From positions 1 through 64,000 of IMG/VR virus record IMGVR_UViG_3300034161_000018: a stretch of DNA of 64,000 nt; one strand, 5' to 3'. Made by a program: the position numbers and the translations under genes. A model generated the notes under the pieces. It made no database searches. It worked only from the letters and a program-made list of their open reading frames with translations, and had not been told where the DNA came from. This DNA comes from a virus. Taxonomy: Duplodnaviria; Caudoviricetes. Shown here piece after piece: positions 8,736 through 18,367 of this stretch; position 1 is the first letter of the stretch; each line of letters begins with the position of its first letter.

Positions 8736-9659
8736 TTATTCGGTTGTAGGGTTAAGCGCTTTCGCCACGTTCTGCATTCCCAACGTTTTGATTACGCCTT
8801 TGAATTCTTGCAGCGACAACTGCATGCCGGGCGCGTCGGTTTTCTTGTTCGGAATCTTTCCGCGCTCAAGCATCGACACATACATTTGGCTTTCCCCAAT
8901 CAGCTTGCCCGCGTCGGTCTGGTTGATACCGGCTTCGGTGCGCAGCTTCTTGAATTCCTTGCCAACTGTTTTGGCGATTTCCAACAGGCCCACGGGTGGC
9001 CGCGCTTTCTCAGGCTTTGCAGATTTCGACGGTTTCACCGAACTATTTGGTTCTGCACACGACACGCGACCAGTCGTTGCGCCAGTGGTAGACATTGCCG
9101 GACGAAACTTTTCCATTTCGTTCAGATGTTCTTCCAACTGTTTCGGTGTCCAGCTTTCCACAACGCCGCTCGCCATTGATTCTGGCCCCGGATGTTTGCT
9201 GGTGAATTCGTAACCGACAATCGGATCACCGACCGACCACATGACGCGGAAGTCATGTTTCTTTTCTTCCGGCAAGATTACGTTAACACCTTTGCACTGC
9301 TCGCGCATTTCTTTCAGCGATTCGCGCATTTGCTCACGGTCGCCCAAAGGTGATTCCGGATGCAACAGATTCGGATAGTCCAGCACTTTGATTTCGTGGA
9401 ATTGCGGCGCACTCAACGGTTGCTTACCGATTTCGACAATGCGCTCAACACTCAAGCCCCACAGTTCCGCCAGATCACCGACCGAAGCTTTGCAGGTCAG
9501 CGCAAAGCGAATGGCCTGATTGCGATGCCACGACAACTTTTCCAAAACGCGCTGTAAAGCTTTCGCGTCCTCGGCGGTAAACATTGCGCCCGTACCGATT
9601 ACATGAGACAGGCGGTCGATGTTGTCGCGCATTTCCGAAACAGTTTGCACACGTTCCAT
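8736..9659 (-). CDS. protein with C-terminal XRE/Cro-type HTH
   Basis: VGKEFKKLRTEAGINQTDAGKLIGESQMYVSMLERGK fits XRE HTH pattern. Confidence 0.8.
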   Translation of the reverse strand: MERVQTVSEMRDNIDRLSHVIGTGAMFTAEDAKALQRVLEKLSWHRNQAIRFALTCKASVGDLAELWGLSVERIVEIGKQPLSAPQFHEIKVLDYPNLLHPESPLGDREQMRESLKEMREQCKGVNVILPEEKKHDFRVMWSVGDPIVGYEFTSKHPGPESMASGVVESWTPKQLEEHLNEMEKFRPAMSTTGATTGRVSCAEPNSSVKPSKSAKPEKARPPVGLLEIAKTVGKEFKKLRTEAGINQTDAGKLIGESQMYVSMLERGKIPNKKTDAPGMQLSLQEFKGVIKTLGMQNVAKALNPTTE

Positions 9660-9660
9660 T

Positions 9661-10200
9661 TTATTTCTCCACGGTCAAATTTGTAAACGAGCCGGTTCCG
9701 TAGGTCATGTCCTCGAAAGCTTCCGCAAGTTGTTTGTAAACTTTTGCGAGCCATTCGCGGTACGGCGTTTTTATAGTCGCTGCCTCAGAGGCCCATCCGG
9801 AACACGCATTGCGCAACGGCACCACGTATTTGTAGATGAACCATTCTTGTTGGTCAAACTCTTTCGACCGCCCCGGAATCGAAAGTGGGCGATACACGTT
9901 AAACGAAAGATGAATCACGCCGTCGTTTTTGAATTCCCGCTCGACGGAACGAATGCAGCGAAACAAACCACGCATATGTTGCGCGGCCCGCTTCTCACCT
10001 TCCGAAAACGTTGTCGCCATCGGGTGCAACATCACGTTGCATTCCCGAACCATTCGTTGCACAACTTCGGTAATGAAAAACTCAGTGACCTGATGCGCAG
10101 TCCGCTGTTCTTCCTTCCGGCGTGGTTCAGGCCATGCGTCGTCAAACGCCAGCGCGTTGATCGACATTCTCACTTTCAAAATTGGAGCAACGAGTTCCAT
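9661..10200 (-). CDS. hypothetical protein
   Basis: 179-aa ORF. Confidence 0.8.
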   Translation of the reverse strand: MELVAPILKVRMSINALAFDDAWPEPRRKEEQRTAHQVTEFFITEVVQRMVRECNVMLHPMATTFSEGEKRAAQHMRGLFRCIRSVEREFKNDGVIHLSFNVYRPLSIPGRSKEFDQQEWFIYKYVVPLRNACSGWASEAATIKTPYREWLAKVYKQLAEAFEDMTYGTGSFTNLTVEK

Positions 10201-10205
10201 TGTTT

Positions 10206-10523
10206 TTACACCCTTGGGTTTTTGCGTTGGTCGATACCGGACAGCATCCGGTTGAACCGATTCTTTTCAATTGTTTGCAGTTGCGCCCGCACCATTTCGT
10301 CGAACACGTCCATTGCATCTTTGACGTGTTCAAACACTTTGTCGTAAGCCTCGGTCATTTTCGGATCGAAGCGGCCAACACGCGGCGGCAGGTGAACCGG
10401 AATATCCAGTTCGTGAATGATTTTCGCTTGGCTGTTCAAATCCAGATGCAGCCAGTTGCGGCGAACTTCACTCGGAATGATAAAACTTTCCGCCAAAGCA
10501 TTGTAGTCAATTTGAGTGTTCAT
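10206..10523 (-). CDS. hypothetical protein
   Basis: 105-aa ORF; GAAGG RBS. Confidence 0.8.
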   Translation of the reverse strand: MNTQIDYNALAESFIIPSEVRRNWLHLDLNSQAKIIHELDIPVHLPPRVGRFDPKMTEAYDKVFEHVKDAMDVFDEMVRAQLQTIEKNRFNRMLSGIDQRKNPRV

Positions 10524-10652
10524 GTTTTGCCTTCGTTAATTAGGTGAATCCCCGGATGGTAAGGGCCACACAACTACGCGACTAAAACTACTCCATATGC
10601 GCAATGTGTGGCGGTACAGCGACCGACCAGCTTATGATGCCGGTTCGGTTTG

Positions 10653-11054
10653 TTACTTGATCGCACCGCGCAAATAGTTTGGCGAGCTTTCTTTTTGTTG
10701 GATCAGTTCGTAGAAGTCAGCGAGCCGGTCGCAGTTTTCTTGTGCGGCCTCGACAATGATTCGTTTGCAGTCAAACAGACAACCGATTTCAAACGAAAGG
10801 TCTGGATACTCGGTGTCTTTCACCATAACCCACTTGCCAGAAACTGTTTGGATGTAAACTTGTTCGGCGCAGCTAATCAGGCTGGAGTTGATACCGTTCG
10901 ACGAATACATGGAAACGTAAAAGCCACGCGGCTCATGCTCCAAACTTTTCTTGACCTTGATCGTTGTGTGCGCGATTCGGTTTTTGTCAGCCAAGTGACG
11001 CAGGCTCGCCAGCGAATTCATATGCTGTGCGTCCGTGACTAAAATATATTCCAT
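10653..11054 (-). CDS. hypothetical protein
   Basis: 133-aa ORF. Confidence 0.8.
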   Translation of the reverse strand: MEYILVTDAQHMNSLASLRHLADKNRIAHTTIKVKKSLEHEPRGFYVSMYSSNGINSSLISCAEQVYIQTVSGKWVMVKDTEYPDLSFEIGCLFDCKRIIVEAAQENCDRLADFYELIQQKESSPNYLRGAIK

Positions 11055-11056
11055 AC

Positions 11057-11344
11057 TCAGTTCCCTTCAACCGTTACTTCGTTGTCTACAAAAAGGTTTG
11101 GCGAGCCGACGAAAAGTTTCGGCCCGAAGAAGTTTGCGAAATCCCAAAGCTGCATTTCCAGCGTTGGGTCATCGGGATTGGTTGTTGCCTTTACCTTCTG
11201 ACGCGGCGTGCTGGCCTTGAACTCGACCATTTCAGCTTGCGCCAATTTATCCCAACATTCATTTCCGAAATCAGTCAGCACAAACTGAACCTTGTTGTTT
11301 ATGTTGGCCTGAATGGTCTTTGTAGCGGGCACGGTAGTGGTCAT
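11057..11344 (-). CDS. hypothetical protein
   Basis: 95-aa ORF. Confidence 0.8.
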   Translation of the reverse strand: MTTTVPATKTIQANINNKVQFVLTDFGNECWDKLAQAEMVEFKASTPRQKVKATTNPDDPTLEMQLWDFANFFGPKLFVGSPNLFVDNEVTVEGN

Positions 11345-11354
11345 GATTCTATCC

Positions 11355-11783
11355 CTATGGCTGATTTATTGTGATGATCCCTTTCGCTTCCAGATCATCT
11401 AGTTCGTCGCGCAAAATATCGCGGATTCGTTCTTCTTGTTTGCTGCGCTTACGCAATTTCTTTTGCGCATCGCGTTCTGCATTGCGGCGGCGCATTACCC
11501 GGTCGTGAACAACCATCGACAGAACCCAACCCATCGAAGAACCGGCGCCGCCTGCAATTGCGGTGACTACAGAAAAATAATGATCGCCAGAAGTTGCGGC
11601 TTCAACAGCAACCGCACCGACCAACGAAATAGTTACCACGTCACACACGGCCATTGCGAAACCGAAGCCCGCAGCCAGCCGCTTGTGTCCACCGGCCACG
11701 TTTTTGTTTTGGAACCCGCGCAGAAACGTGGTGGCAAACATTGTTGCAAAGATTGCAGCACAACCCAACAGAAGGCTAGTCAT
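11355..11783 (-). CDS. multi-pass membrane protein, paralogue of 19209..19478
   Basis: Three hydrophobic segments; FLRGFQNKNV motif. Confidence 0.8.
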   Translation of the reverse strand: MTSLLLGCAAIFATMFATTFLRGFQNKNVAGGHKRLAAGFGFAMAVCDVVTISLVGAVAVEAATSGDHYFSVVTAIAGGAGSSMGWVLSMVVHDRVMRRRNAERDAQKKLRKRSKQEERIRDILRDELDDLEAKGIITINQP

Positions 11784-12192
11784 AGAAACCCCGCGTTACG
11801 TTGTGGTGAGCCTCCATCAAAAAGGCTTGCTGGTAACGGTCAACTTTCTTCATTGCTTTTTCAACCGGAAGCCATTTCACTTCGCGAATATCTTCTTCCT
11901 CCCAAACGGCGGCGTCGGTGTCGTACTCAGCGACAAACATTTCTACTTCTTGCACTTGCTCCTGTTTGACGAAACGATAAGAGCCAAGCCTTTCTTTCGG
12001 CGTACACAACACGCCAGCTTCTTCGCGAACTTCTTTCGCAGCCGAAGCACGCGAACTCATATTCTGCTCAACGCCACCTTTCGGAAAGCCCCACGAAGCC
12101 CCACGCTCCGCACGACGAAGGATCAGATACTCCGGAACCTTTTGTTCGTTTTTACGAAAGACGATGCAACCCGAGCAATTACGAATATCCAT
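11776..12192 (-). CDS. Nudix hydrolase
   Basis: WGFPKGGVE...AAKEVREEAGV Nudix box. Confidence 0.92.
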   Translation of the reverse strand: MDIRNCSGCIVFRKNEQKVPEYLILRRAERGASWGFPKGGVEQNMSSRASAAKEVREEAGVLCTPKERLGSYRFVKQEQVQEVEMFVAEYDTDAAVWEEEDIREVKWLPVEKAMKKVDRYQQAFLMEAHHNVTRGFYD

Positions 12193-12245
12193 GCTTGCAA
12201 ACTTTCCAAATCTAATGGTTAATGGTCAAATGTTTGTCGATCTAG

Positions 12246-12584
12246 TTATGCTTTGTTTTCCAGCTTCGATGGCTGGTTGTAAAACGGTTCTTCATGCCAC
12301 GTCGGCAGTTCACCTTTGCCGAGTTTCCATTTCTCCAAAAGAGATTTGACCAGCGCGTAACGCTCGCCGGGGAATTCCCACGAAAGAGTCGTGGAGCCGT
12401 CATAACAAGTTTCGCGTCGATCAGCCCCGCCCCACAAACAAAGGGAATCCAAAACGAATTCCATTTTGCCGTAACCGATTGACCACTTCGCAGCCAAATC
12501 AATGTTTACCCAAATGCGAGCGGACGCACCGTTTGGTTCTGGCTCCACGCCATGAATGAGTTGCGCCCAGTAGAAAAGAATCAC
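12246..12584 (-). CDS. hypothetical protein
   Basis: ORF 12246..12683; probable GTG start at 12584 just after upstream stop. Confidence 0.65.
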   Translation of the reverse strand: MILFYWAQLIHGVEPEPNGASARIWVNIDLAAKWSIGYGKMEFVLDSLCLWGGADRRETCYDGSTTLSWEFPGERYALVKSLLEKWKLGKGELPTWHEEPFYNQPSKLENKA

Positions 12585-12589
12585 GATGC

Positions 12590-13036
12590 CTACTCCATTG
12601 CTTTCGTGTGAACATTTACGCCACTGCCAGTCCGCACCGCTTCCGCAAGTTTGCCAACCAATGCGCAAAGCAGAGTCACGCATTCAAACTCGGTTTGGTT
12701 GTTTACGATCAGCGGTGGCGGGTTTTCCAAAATGGCATTCGGGTTTTTGCGCTGCCAGCGGAAAATCATGCTGATAGTCGATTCCGTACTTTTTGTGTAA
12801 TCAGTCAAACAGGCCACAACCAGATTGTAAAGGTTGCGCGTGTTTTCGTAATCGTAAGCCATATGCGACGTGACGCCCGGCGACCGACACATTGCCAACA
12901 TTTCGCGAAAGGCCGTAGCGTTCCACTCTTTGTCTTGGGCCATCAGCACCAAACATTCACAAAGCATGACTGCATTGATTTCCGGAAAGACAACTTCGGA
13001 ACCATTATCGAGAGTGAACGCTAAGACCTTTTCCAT
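12590..13036 (-). CDS. hypothetical protein
   Basis: 148-aa ORF. Confidence 0.8.
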   Translation of the reverse strand: MEKVLAFTLDNGSEVVFPEINAVMLCECLVLMAQDKEWNATAFREMLAMCRSPGVTSHMAYDYENTRNLYNLVVACLTDYTKSTESTISMIFRWQRKNPNAILENPPPLIVNNQTEFECVTLLCALVGKLAEAVRTGSGVNVHTKAME

Positions 13037-13587
13037 CAGACTTTACCTTTGGCGTCGCGATTGAATTTCGCGTAAACAATTTTCATAACCGCTTCCATCG
13101 CCTGTTGCTGATTGCGATAGATCGGGCTTTCTTTGATTGTGGTCGCGGGCAAACCATAGACCGCATCCGGAAACAGAATCACCCAACCTTCGTTGAACTG
13201 TTGTGCCAGCGTGTCTTCCGCAAAGTGGTGCGGCAAAACAGTTGCGACCGCGTACATATCGAAAATCAAAGTTTGCTGACCTTCGATGTAATCGACCGCG
13301 TGTTTCGGTTCGATCCATTCGCATTCGTTGGCGCCCAACCAATCGACCGGCTGAATGTTTGCGTCGGAAAAGAATTGCTCAAACAGCAAAAAGTTTGCGC
13401 TGCCTTCGTCGCCGAGCGCGTTGATTTCGTCCGCAATAGTTTGCGGCGTGATGCCGTGACGGGAAAGGCATGCACTGAGGATTGCGTCGGGCAGTTGGCC
13501 CGCTTCGTTAAGGCCGGTAATCATAGCCATCAGGGCGGCGATTTTTACTTGCGGATTCAGGTCGGCAAAAGCGAGTTTATGGTTCAT
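13036..13587 (-). CDS. hypothetical protein; first gene after cassette 1
   Basis: ORF 13036..13593; ATG at 13587 with GAGG RBS. Confidence 0.85.
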   Translation of the reverse strand: MNHKLAFADLNPQVKIAALMAMITGLNEAGQLPDAILSACLSRHGITPQTIADEINALGDEGSANFLLFEQFFSDANIQPVDWLGANECEWIEPKHAVDYIEGQQTLIFDMYAVATVLPHHFAEDTLAQQFNEGWVILFPDAVYGLPATTIKESPIYRNQQQAMEAVMKIVYAKFNRDAKGKV

Positions 13588-13592
13588 GTCCA

Positions 13593-13704
13593 AACATCCT
13601 CTAAGTCGTAAGTGTTAAATCTGAGGCACAGTCTCCTCAACGTATACATTGTAACACAGTGGGCACCCTTGGCAATCCATAAGCCTTACGGGATACCGTA
13701 AGTT
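13593..13704 (-). promoter_or_regulatory. promoter cassette 1: sigma70-like promoter between two inverted 20-bp sites
   Basis: -35 TTGCCA (13670-75), 16 bp, extended -10 TGtTACAAT (13648-53). Sites 13593-612 (- strand CTTACGACTTAGAGGATGTT) and 13685-704 (+ strand CTTACGGGATACCGTAAGTT). Confidence 0.85.
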
Positions 13705-13712
13705 CAGGCGCC

Positions 13713-13750
13713 GAAATGGAAATGCCCCGCGCTGAATAAACAGGCGAGGC
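13713..13750 (-). terminator. intrinsic terminator upstream of cassette 1
   Basis: GCCTCGC..GCGGGGC stem followed by ATTTCCATTT. Confidence 0.55.
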
Positions 13751-13761
13751 AAGTCCGTTTG

Positions 13762-14202
13762 TTACAGGGCCAAAGCGGCCAGTTTCGCTTCCAGTCGTTT
13801 TTTCAAATGTTCGGGCGTCAAAGCCGCCTCAATCATTTCGTCCAGTTGCTTTTGGAATTCCGGCAACTTCGCTTCAAACACTTTCTGGATAACCGGCGTC
13901 ACCGATTGGATAATCAGTTCTTCCGTTGCTTGCTCGATTTGAGCGTTAATCAGTTTCTTCAACAAGTCATGTAGCGGACTATTGTGAAACGGATTAATCA
14001 TGGAGCTGTTGCGATTCCAACCAGCCGCAAAGTTTGCCAGTTGGTCAAGCTGCGCTTTCAGCTTTTCCAAGACGGCGGCTTTGCAAACATCATCGGAAAT
14101 GTTTTTCAACACTGCCGAACTGATTTGCAGTTTCAGTTCCGGATCGGATTCAACCAGCGCACGCAGCAAACCTGTATCGGCTTTCAGTACGATTGGTTTC
14201 AT
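13762..14202 (-). CDS. hypothetical protein
   Basis: 146-aa helical ORF. Confidence 0.85.
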   Translation of the reverse strand: MKPIVLKADTGLLRALVESDPELKLQISSAVLKNISDDVCKAAVLEKLKAQLDQLANFAAGWNRNSSMINPFHNSPLHDLLKKLINAQIEQATEELIIQSVTPVIQKVFEAKLPEFQKQLDEMIEAALTPEHLKKRLEAKLAALAL

Positions 14203-14465
14203 TCCGACACCTTGCCCTTTGCCTGCAAACGTTTGTGCGCTTCACGAATACGCGCATACACCGCACACAGAAACGTCCACGCCAGCAGCGCAAAATGTTT
14301 GACTCCATCCCACACGATGCGCGCTGTGGTCAGCATGTTTGCAATAACCAGTGCCGCGAATTCCCAACCGTCGTCGCATTGTTTGCGCTGGCGGTACGTG
14401 AAAAACAGCGATACCCAAAACCAACCGACCAAACAGCCGATTAGAAACAGAACAATTTGTCCCAT
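14199..14465 (-). CDS. small membrane protein
   Basis: Hydrophobic segments; overlap coupling. Confidence 0.7.
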   Translation of the reverse strand: MGQIVLFLIGCLVGWFWVSLFFTYRQRKQCDDGWEFAALVIANMLTTARIVWDGVKHFALLAWTFLCAVYARIREAHKRLQAKGKVSE

Positions 14466-14471
14466 GATTGT

Positions 14472-15809
14472 TTACTCGTTTTCGATCAAGACGTGCGGAA
14501 CAAACCGTTCGTTCTTGATGCCAAGCACCGGCGAATCGAATTCGCGAATGCAGAGCGTTGCGGCAGTTGCCGATTTCATCGTGTTCAGGTTGTCCGCAAC
14601 ATCCGGCACCATAAACATTCCGATGATGAAGTTTTCGCGACCGGGCACTTGATAAGGTGGGACGTAGTGCTGAAACACTTTGTCCTCCGGATACGGGCCG
14701 TCGGTTTTGAATTGCGTAGCGCCAGCGCCGTTGATGATTTCGATGTTGCAACTCATGCGGCCAACTTTTGGTTTGGCAACATACGGCAAGTGGTAATCAG
14801 TGAACGGTTTGGTATCGACGTAAGTTTTGATCGCGGGGACTTCTTTGTACTTCGCGTAAAACTCTTTGTCGTTTTCAAACAGATGGGTGACGTAGGCCCA
14901 AATGCCTTTGTTCGACGCAAACCAACGCCACGCCGGTTCAAAGAAAGTCAGGTTGCCTGCCCAGTTCGCCCATTCTTTGTAGGCTTGCGGGAACGACTCG
15001 ACCATTTCTTCCCACGGCACCAGCGCGAAGATTACCGAAAGGTGATCGTTGCCAACCACGAACGGCAAACTTTTGCTTTCAAAGTCGTAGTCGATTTCGT
15101 TTATGTCGGTGAACAGGCAGATATTGTTTTCGCCGAGAATCTGCGCAATGACTTCACAGGTCGCCATGTCTTCAAACGATTTGCTGTCGAAGATTACGGC
15201 GGCAGTTCCCGGCATTGGGCCGAGGTCGGAAATCAAAGTTTGCAGCAACGGATAAAAACTATTCAGTTGCAGTTCAATGTCGCCGGTCACTTGTTCGCAA
15301 ACGTGGTTTTGCACGGCCACGGATTCAAACAGCATGGTCGGAGTGTCGCCGTTGAATTCGTAGATGCCGACGATTTCTTCTTTCACCGGATCGAATGCGG
15401 CATCAAAGCGACCGTAGATCGACTGGCGTGCCGAACCGAAATCGCGATACGAAAACTTTGCGTAGTCGATGAAGTACGGATGTTTGCGCAGGAACTCACA
15501 GCCGACGTAGTGCATCAGCGTGTCGTTCGATTCGCCAAACAAACGGCCAACCGCTTCGACCAGCATTGCGTAGGCCAGTTCAAATTGCGTTTCGATCTTC
15601 GCGCAGGAACTCAGGCCCAGTTCGTAAACCGGCATGGCCGCACTGTTTGCCAACGGGAAAGAAAAATACTCTTTTACGTCAGCGTGAAACTCGCCATCGC
15701 TTTGGCTTTCTGGACGCGGAGCTTCGCGGTAAAACGCTTGAGTCCACGGCAGTTCTTCAACCATCAGAGCATTGAGGTTGAAATTGATGTTGTGGTAATT
15801 GCAACGCAT
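14472..15809 (-). CDS. glutathionylspermidine synthase family ATP-grasp protein (YgiC/YjfC-like)
   Basis: YGRFD, IYEFNGDTPTMLFES, LVPWE, FEPAWRWFASNKGI, KPKVGR motifs. Confidence 0.9.
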   Translation of the reverse strand: MRCNYHNINFNLNALMVEELPWTQAFYREAPRPESQSDGEFHADVKEYFSFPLANSAAMPVYELGLSSCAKIETQFELAYAMLVEAVGRLFGESNDTLMHYVGCEFLRKHPYFIDYAKFSYRDFGSARQSIYGRFDAAFDPVKEEIVGIYEFNGDTPTMLFESVAVQNHVCEQVTGDIELQLNSFYPLLQTLISDLGPMPGTAAVIFDSKSFEDMATCEVIAQILGENNICLFTDINEIDYDFESKSLPFVVGNDHLSVIFALVPWEEMVESFPQAYKEWANWAGNLTFFEPAWRWFASNKGIWAYVTHLFENDKEFYAKYKEVPAIKTYVDTKPFTDYHLPYVAKPKVGRMSCNIEIINGAGATQFKTDGPYPEDKVFQHYVPPYQVPGRENFIIGMFMVPDVADNLNTMKSATAATLCIREFDSPVLGIKNERFVPHVLIENE

Positions 15810-15839
15810 TGAAAAAATCTCCTGAATGCCGAAACCGAA

Positions 15840-16493
15840 TTAGCTACCGCCACCGCCGCCGTGTGCAGCGGCTCGCCCACCACCGCCAGCCATAACGCCG
15901 GTTGCGCGGGAAGTTGTACCGCTAGAAGTGTACGAACCACCGGAACGGTAATTGGAAACACTCGAACTCATGTTTTGACGGTAAGTCGGCGATTGACGAA
16001 CATAACCGCGATTATTGTTCATCATCATGTTTGTGTAACCAGCGGTCGCCGTGTTGCGATGTTTGCGGCGTTCTTCTTCGTCGTAATGCGCTTGGCTCAT
16101 TGGCGGGTGAGAGTTTTGGTAACTGTTGTAACCGCCTTGGCTGTTCATTGCCTTTGCCAAAGCGTAACCGCCAAGCGCACCGACTGCCGCGCCGCCCAAC
16201 ATCGGCCAAACGGAATCGCTGTTTTTCCCATTGGCTTCTTCACGTACAATGTGCAGAACCTTTTCGCCTTTCTCGTTGTACGAGTAGTAGGCGTCTTTCA
16301 CCGACGGGTCTTTCGTTTGTAATTCTTTTACCGTGGCGTCCAAATCTTTTTGATCTTCGGCCAGTTGAGCGCGAGTCGTGTTGCCCGCTTCTTCGTCCAC
16401 ATACGCCGCTTCTTCTGCGGGTGTTGGCTCTTGGTCACAGCCGGACAATACAGCGGCCAGCGCGCCGATAATCAAAAATGCCTTCTTATTCAT
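15840..16493 (-). CDS. lipoprotein with Gly-rich tail (YgiB/DUF1190-like partner)
   Basis: Lipobox LSGC; C-terminal GGGGRAAAHGGGGGS; directly upstream of GspS-like gene. Confidence 0.75.
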   Translation of the reverse strand: MNKKAFLIIGALAAVLSGCDQEPTPAEEAAYVDEEAGNTTRAQLAEDQKDLDATVKELQTKDPSVKDAYYSYNEKGEKVLHIVREEANGKNSDSVWPMLGGAAVGALGGYALAKAMNSQGGYNSYQNSHPPMSQAHYDEEERRKHRNTATAGYTNMMMNNNRGYVRQSPTYRQNMSSSVSNYRSGGSYTSSGTTSRATGVMAGGGGRAAAHGGGGGS

Positions 16494-17307
16494 TTTCCAA
16501 CTTTTCCTCTTTTGTGGTTTCGATTGAAGTTTCCAAATGTTCGCGCACTGCTTTTTCCGCCCACTCGCCCAACATCGGGTGCGCAGTGCATGGGCCGAAT
16601 CCAGAATCAGGGTCTTCCGGATTGTGGAATGACATTACCTGCCCGACGATATAGCGAATGTTGGCTTCCAAACCAACTGGCCGAGTCGTCGGAACGGTAA
16701 CACCTTCGTTCCGAATGTAACCCATGTTTTCAAACCGCGTATACATTTCAGCAATGTCCACGTCGGCACCAATGCGATCTTGTCCAGCGATATAACGAAT
16801 CAGCCAGCGGCCCATATCCAGATAATCAAAATCCGGACGCAGATCACGCAGAACCTGTTTCATGTTTTCGGCAGCTTCACGTTTGGAGTTTTCCATCTTC
16901 GCTTGGCTTGCCGCGTATTCCGGAGTCAAACGGTAGGCAGCCGAAGCTTCCTCGTTCACGCGCTCCACTGTAGCTTTACAGATTTCTTCATCGTCCCCAG
17001 CCAACGCGGGAAACAACTTGCCGTTCATGCGAAGGTAAACGGTGCATTTGTTTGGACTGTATTTCGGATAGTGGGTTTCCAGATATTTCAGAAAGTCCAC
17101 AAGCTTGAGCAGGCCGTGCGCCAACAGGCCCAACCCTTCAAACTTGAACGCCACGGAATTTTCATCAGGCATATGCGGCTGCGAAATGTCTGGCGAATCG
17201 TTGTGGTTATCCCAATACACTTGTCGGTAATCGCGCCACGCTTCCAGCACATACATTTGCTGTTTGGTTGTCTTGCGTTCTTTTGGGAGCGCTACTTCCT
17301 TACTCAT
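16486..17307 (-). CDS. hypothetical protein
   Basis: Start moved to MSKEVA (GGAGG RBS, ATGA overlap). Confidence 0.85.
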   Translation of the reverse strand: MSKEVALPKERKTTKQQMYVLEAWRDYRQVYWDNHNDSPDISQPHMPDENSVAFKFEGLGLLAHGLLKLVDFLKYLETHYPKYSPNKCTVYLRMNGKLFPALAGDDEEICKATVERVNEEASAAYRLTPEYAASQAKMENSKREAAENMKQVLRDLRPDFDYLDMGRWLIRYIAGQDRIGADVDIAEMYTRFENMGYIRNEGVTVPTTRPVGLEANIRYIVGQVMSFHNPEDPDSGFGPCTAHPMLGEWAEKAVREHLETSIETTKEEKLENE

Positions 17308-17765
17308 TTCAATTCCTCCAGCGTGGTTTGGAAGTTTTCGTCTTGCGTGTCCGCAATCGGTTTCATCTGCCAATACGGGCCAGCGCTGAAACTGTCCGGA
17401 ACGTAAGTCAGTTCCGAAGCCAGAATCAATTTTCTCGAAACGGGCGCGTACCAGTTGCGCTCAAGTTCCATTGTCATTACCGCTTCCGCTTTGCGAATGC
17501 GATGACGGAAAGTCACCAAGCGAATTTTGGCACAGATCAAACCGGCTTCGCGTTCCTTGTTGCGTTCACGGGTACGCGGCACCGAAAACCACGTAATGTA
17601 AAACGAACCGTCAACAATTCCGAAAGCGTTGGCAACGTCCTCGACTGCGGCCTGTACTTGCCCGTAGGTCATTGCAGGCTTTTGCGAAAGAATCTTTTCA
17701 AACTCCCGCGCAAGATTCCTTTCGGTTACGTGCCACTTTGGAAACAACCGGGCGAACCAATTCAT
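17304..17765 (-). CDS. hypothetical protein
   Basis: Start moved to MNWFAR (ATGA overlap). Confidence 0.8.
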   Translation of the reverse strand: MNWFARLFPKWHVTERNLAREFEKILSQKPAMTYGQVQAAVEDVANAFGIVDGSFYITWFSVPRTRERNKEREAGLICAKIRLVTFRHRIRKAEAVMTMELERNWYAPVSRKLILASELTYVPDSFSAGPYWQMKPIADTQDENFQTTLEELK

Positions 17766-18367
17766 GCGGGCACCAATACAGGCGCGGCCATGATTTGTTC
17801 GATGGTCATGTTCATCGGGTCGGTCACGTCCCAATCGAAACGGAAGGAAGGATTCTGGCGAATGCGGCGATAGGATTCCGGCAGACCGTCGATCAACACT
17901 TCAAACGTTTGCGTGTCGGTGCCGAAGAAACATTCCGAATCTTCGTCGATACAGATATGGAAAGTTTTTGGCTCGCCGGGATAAACCGGTTCCATAAGCA
18001 GCGGGTGCCCACCGAAGGCCCACTGTTCCAAACACATAATCAACGATTGTTCTTTCGACTTGCGCACCAGATAGTGAATGGTGATTTGTTTGTCGCGGCA
18101 ATTGATCGTTTGTTTGTCCACGTCAAAGGTGACGGTCGGCCCCGGCTTCAACATCTTACCAGCGCGCAGAACCAGTTTGCCAAACACTTTCGGTTCTTGC
18201 GCTTTGCAGAAACGCAGAATTGCTTTAGGAATTGCGCCGAACTCAAATTCAGCCGAACCCATGTATTCCATATCGAGCATGGACAGCAGCGGTGTCTTCG
18301 CCAGATTTTCGCGAACGGTGTTTTCGTCGTCGCGGATTCGGATAGTCGCAGCCTGTATCAGTCTCAT
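17762..18367 (-). CDS. hypothetical protein
   Basis: 201-aa ORF; MEYMGSAEFEFGAIP motif. Confidence 0.85.
   Translation of the reverse strand: MRLIQAATIRIRDDENTVRENLAKTPLLSMLDMEYMGSAEFEFGAIPKAILRFCKAQEPKVFGKLVLRAGKMLKPGPTVTFDVDKQTINCRDKQITIHYLVRKSKEQSLIMCLEQWAFGGHPLLMEPVYPGEPKTFHICIDEDSECFFGTDTQTFEVLIDGLPESYRRIRQNPSFRFDWDVTDPMNMTIEQIMAAPVLVPA

Noticed and set aside
13610-13620. Resemblance of AAGTGTTAAAT to the XerD arm of dif (TTATGTTAAAT)
   Set aside because: It matches in one copy only, and there is no XerC-like arm at a 6-bp spacing.
13593-13704. Invertible (phase-variable) promoter reading of the cassettes
   Set aside because: The 6-bp spacers differ within each pair (e.g. ACTTAG versus GGATAC), all five promoters face the same way, and no recombinase lies in the window. 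Not excluded, but less likely than operator pairs.
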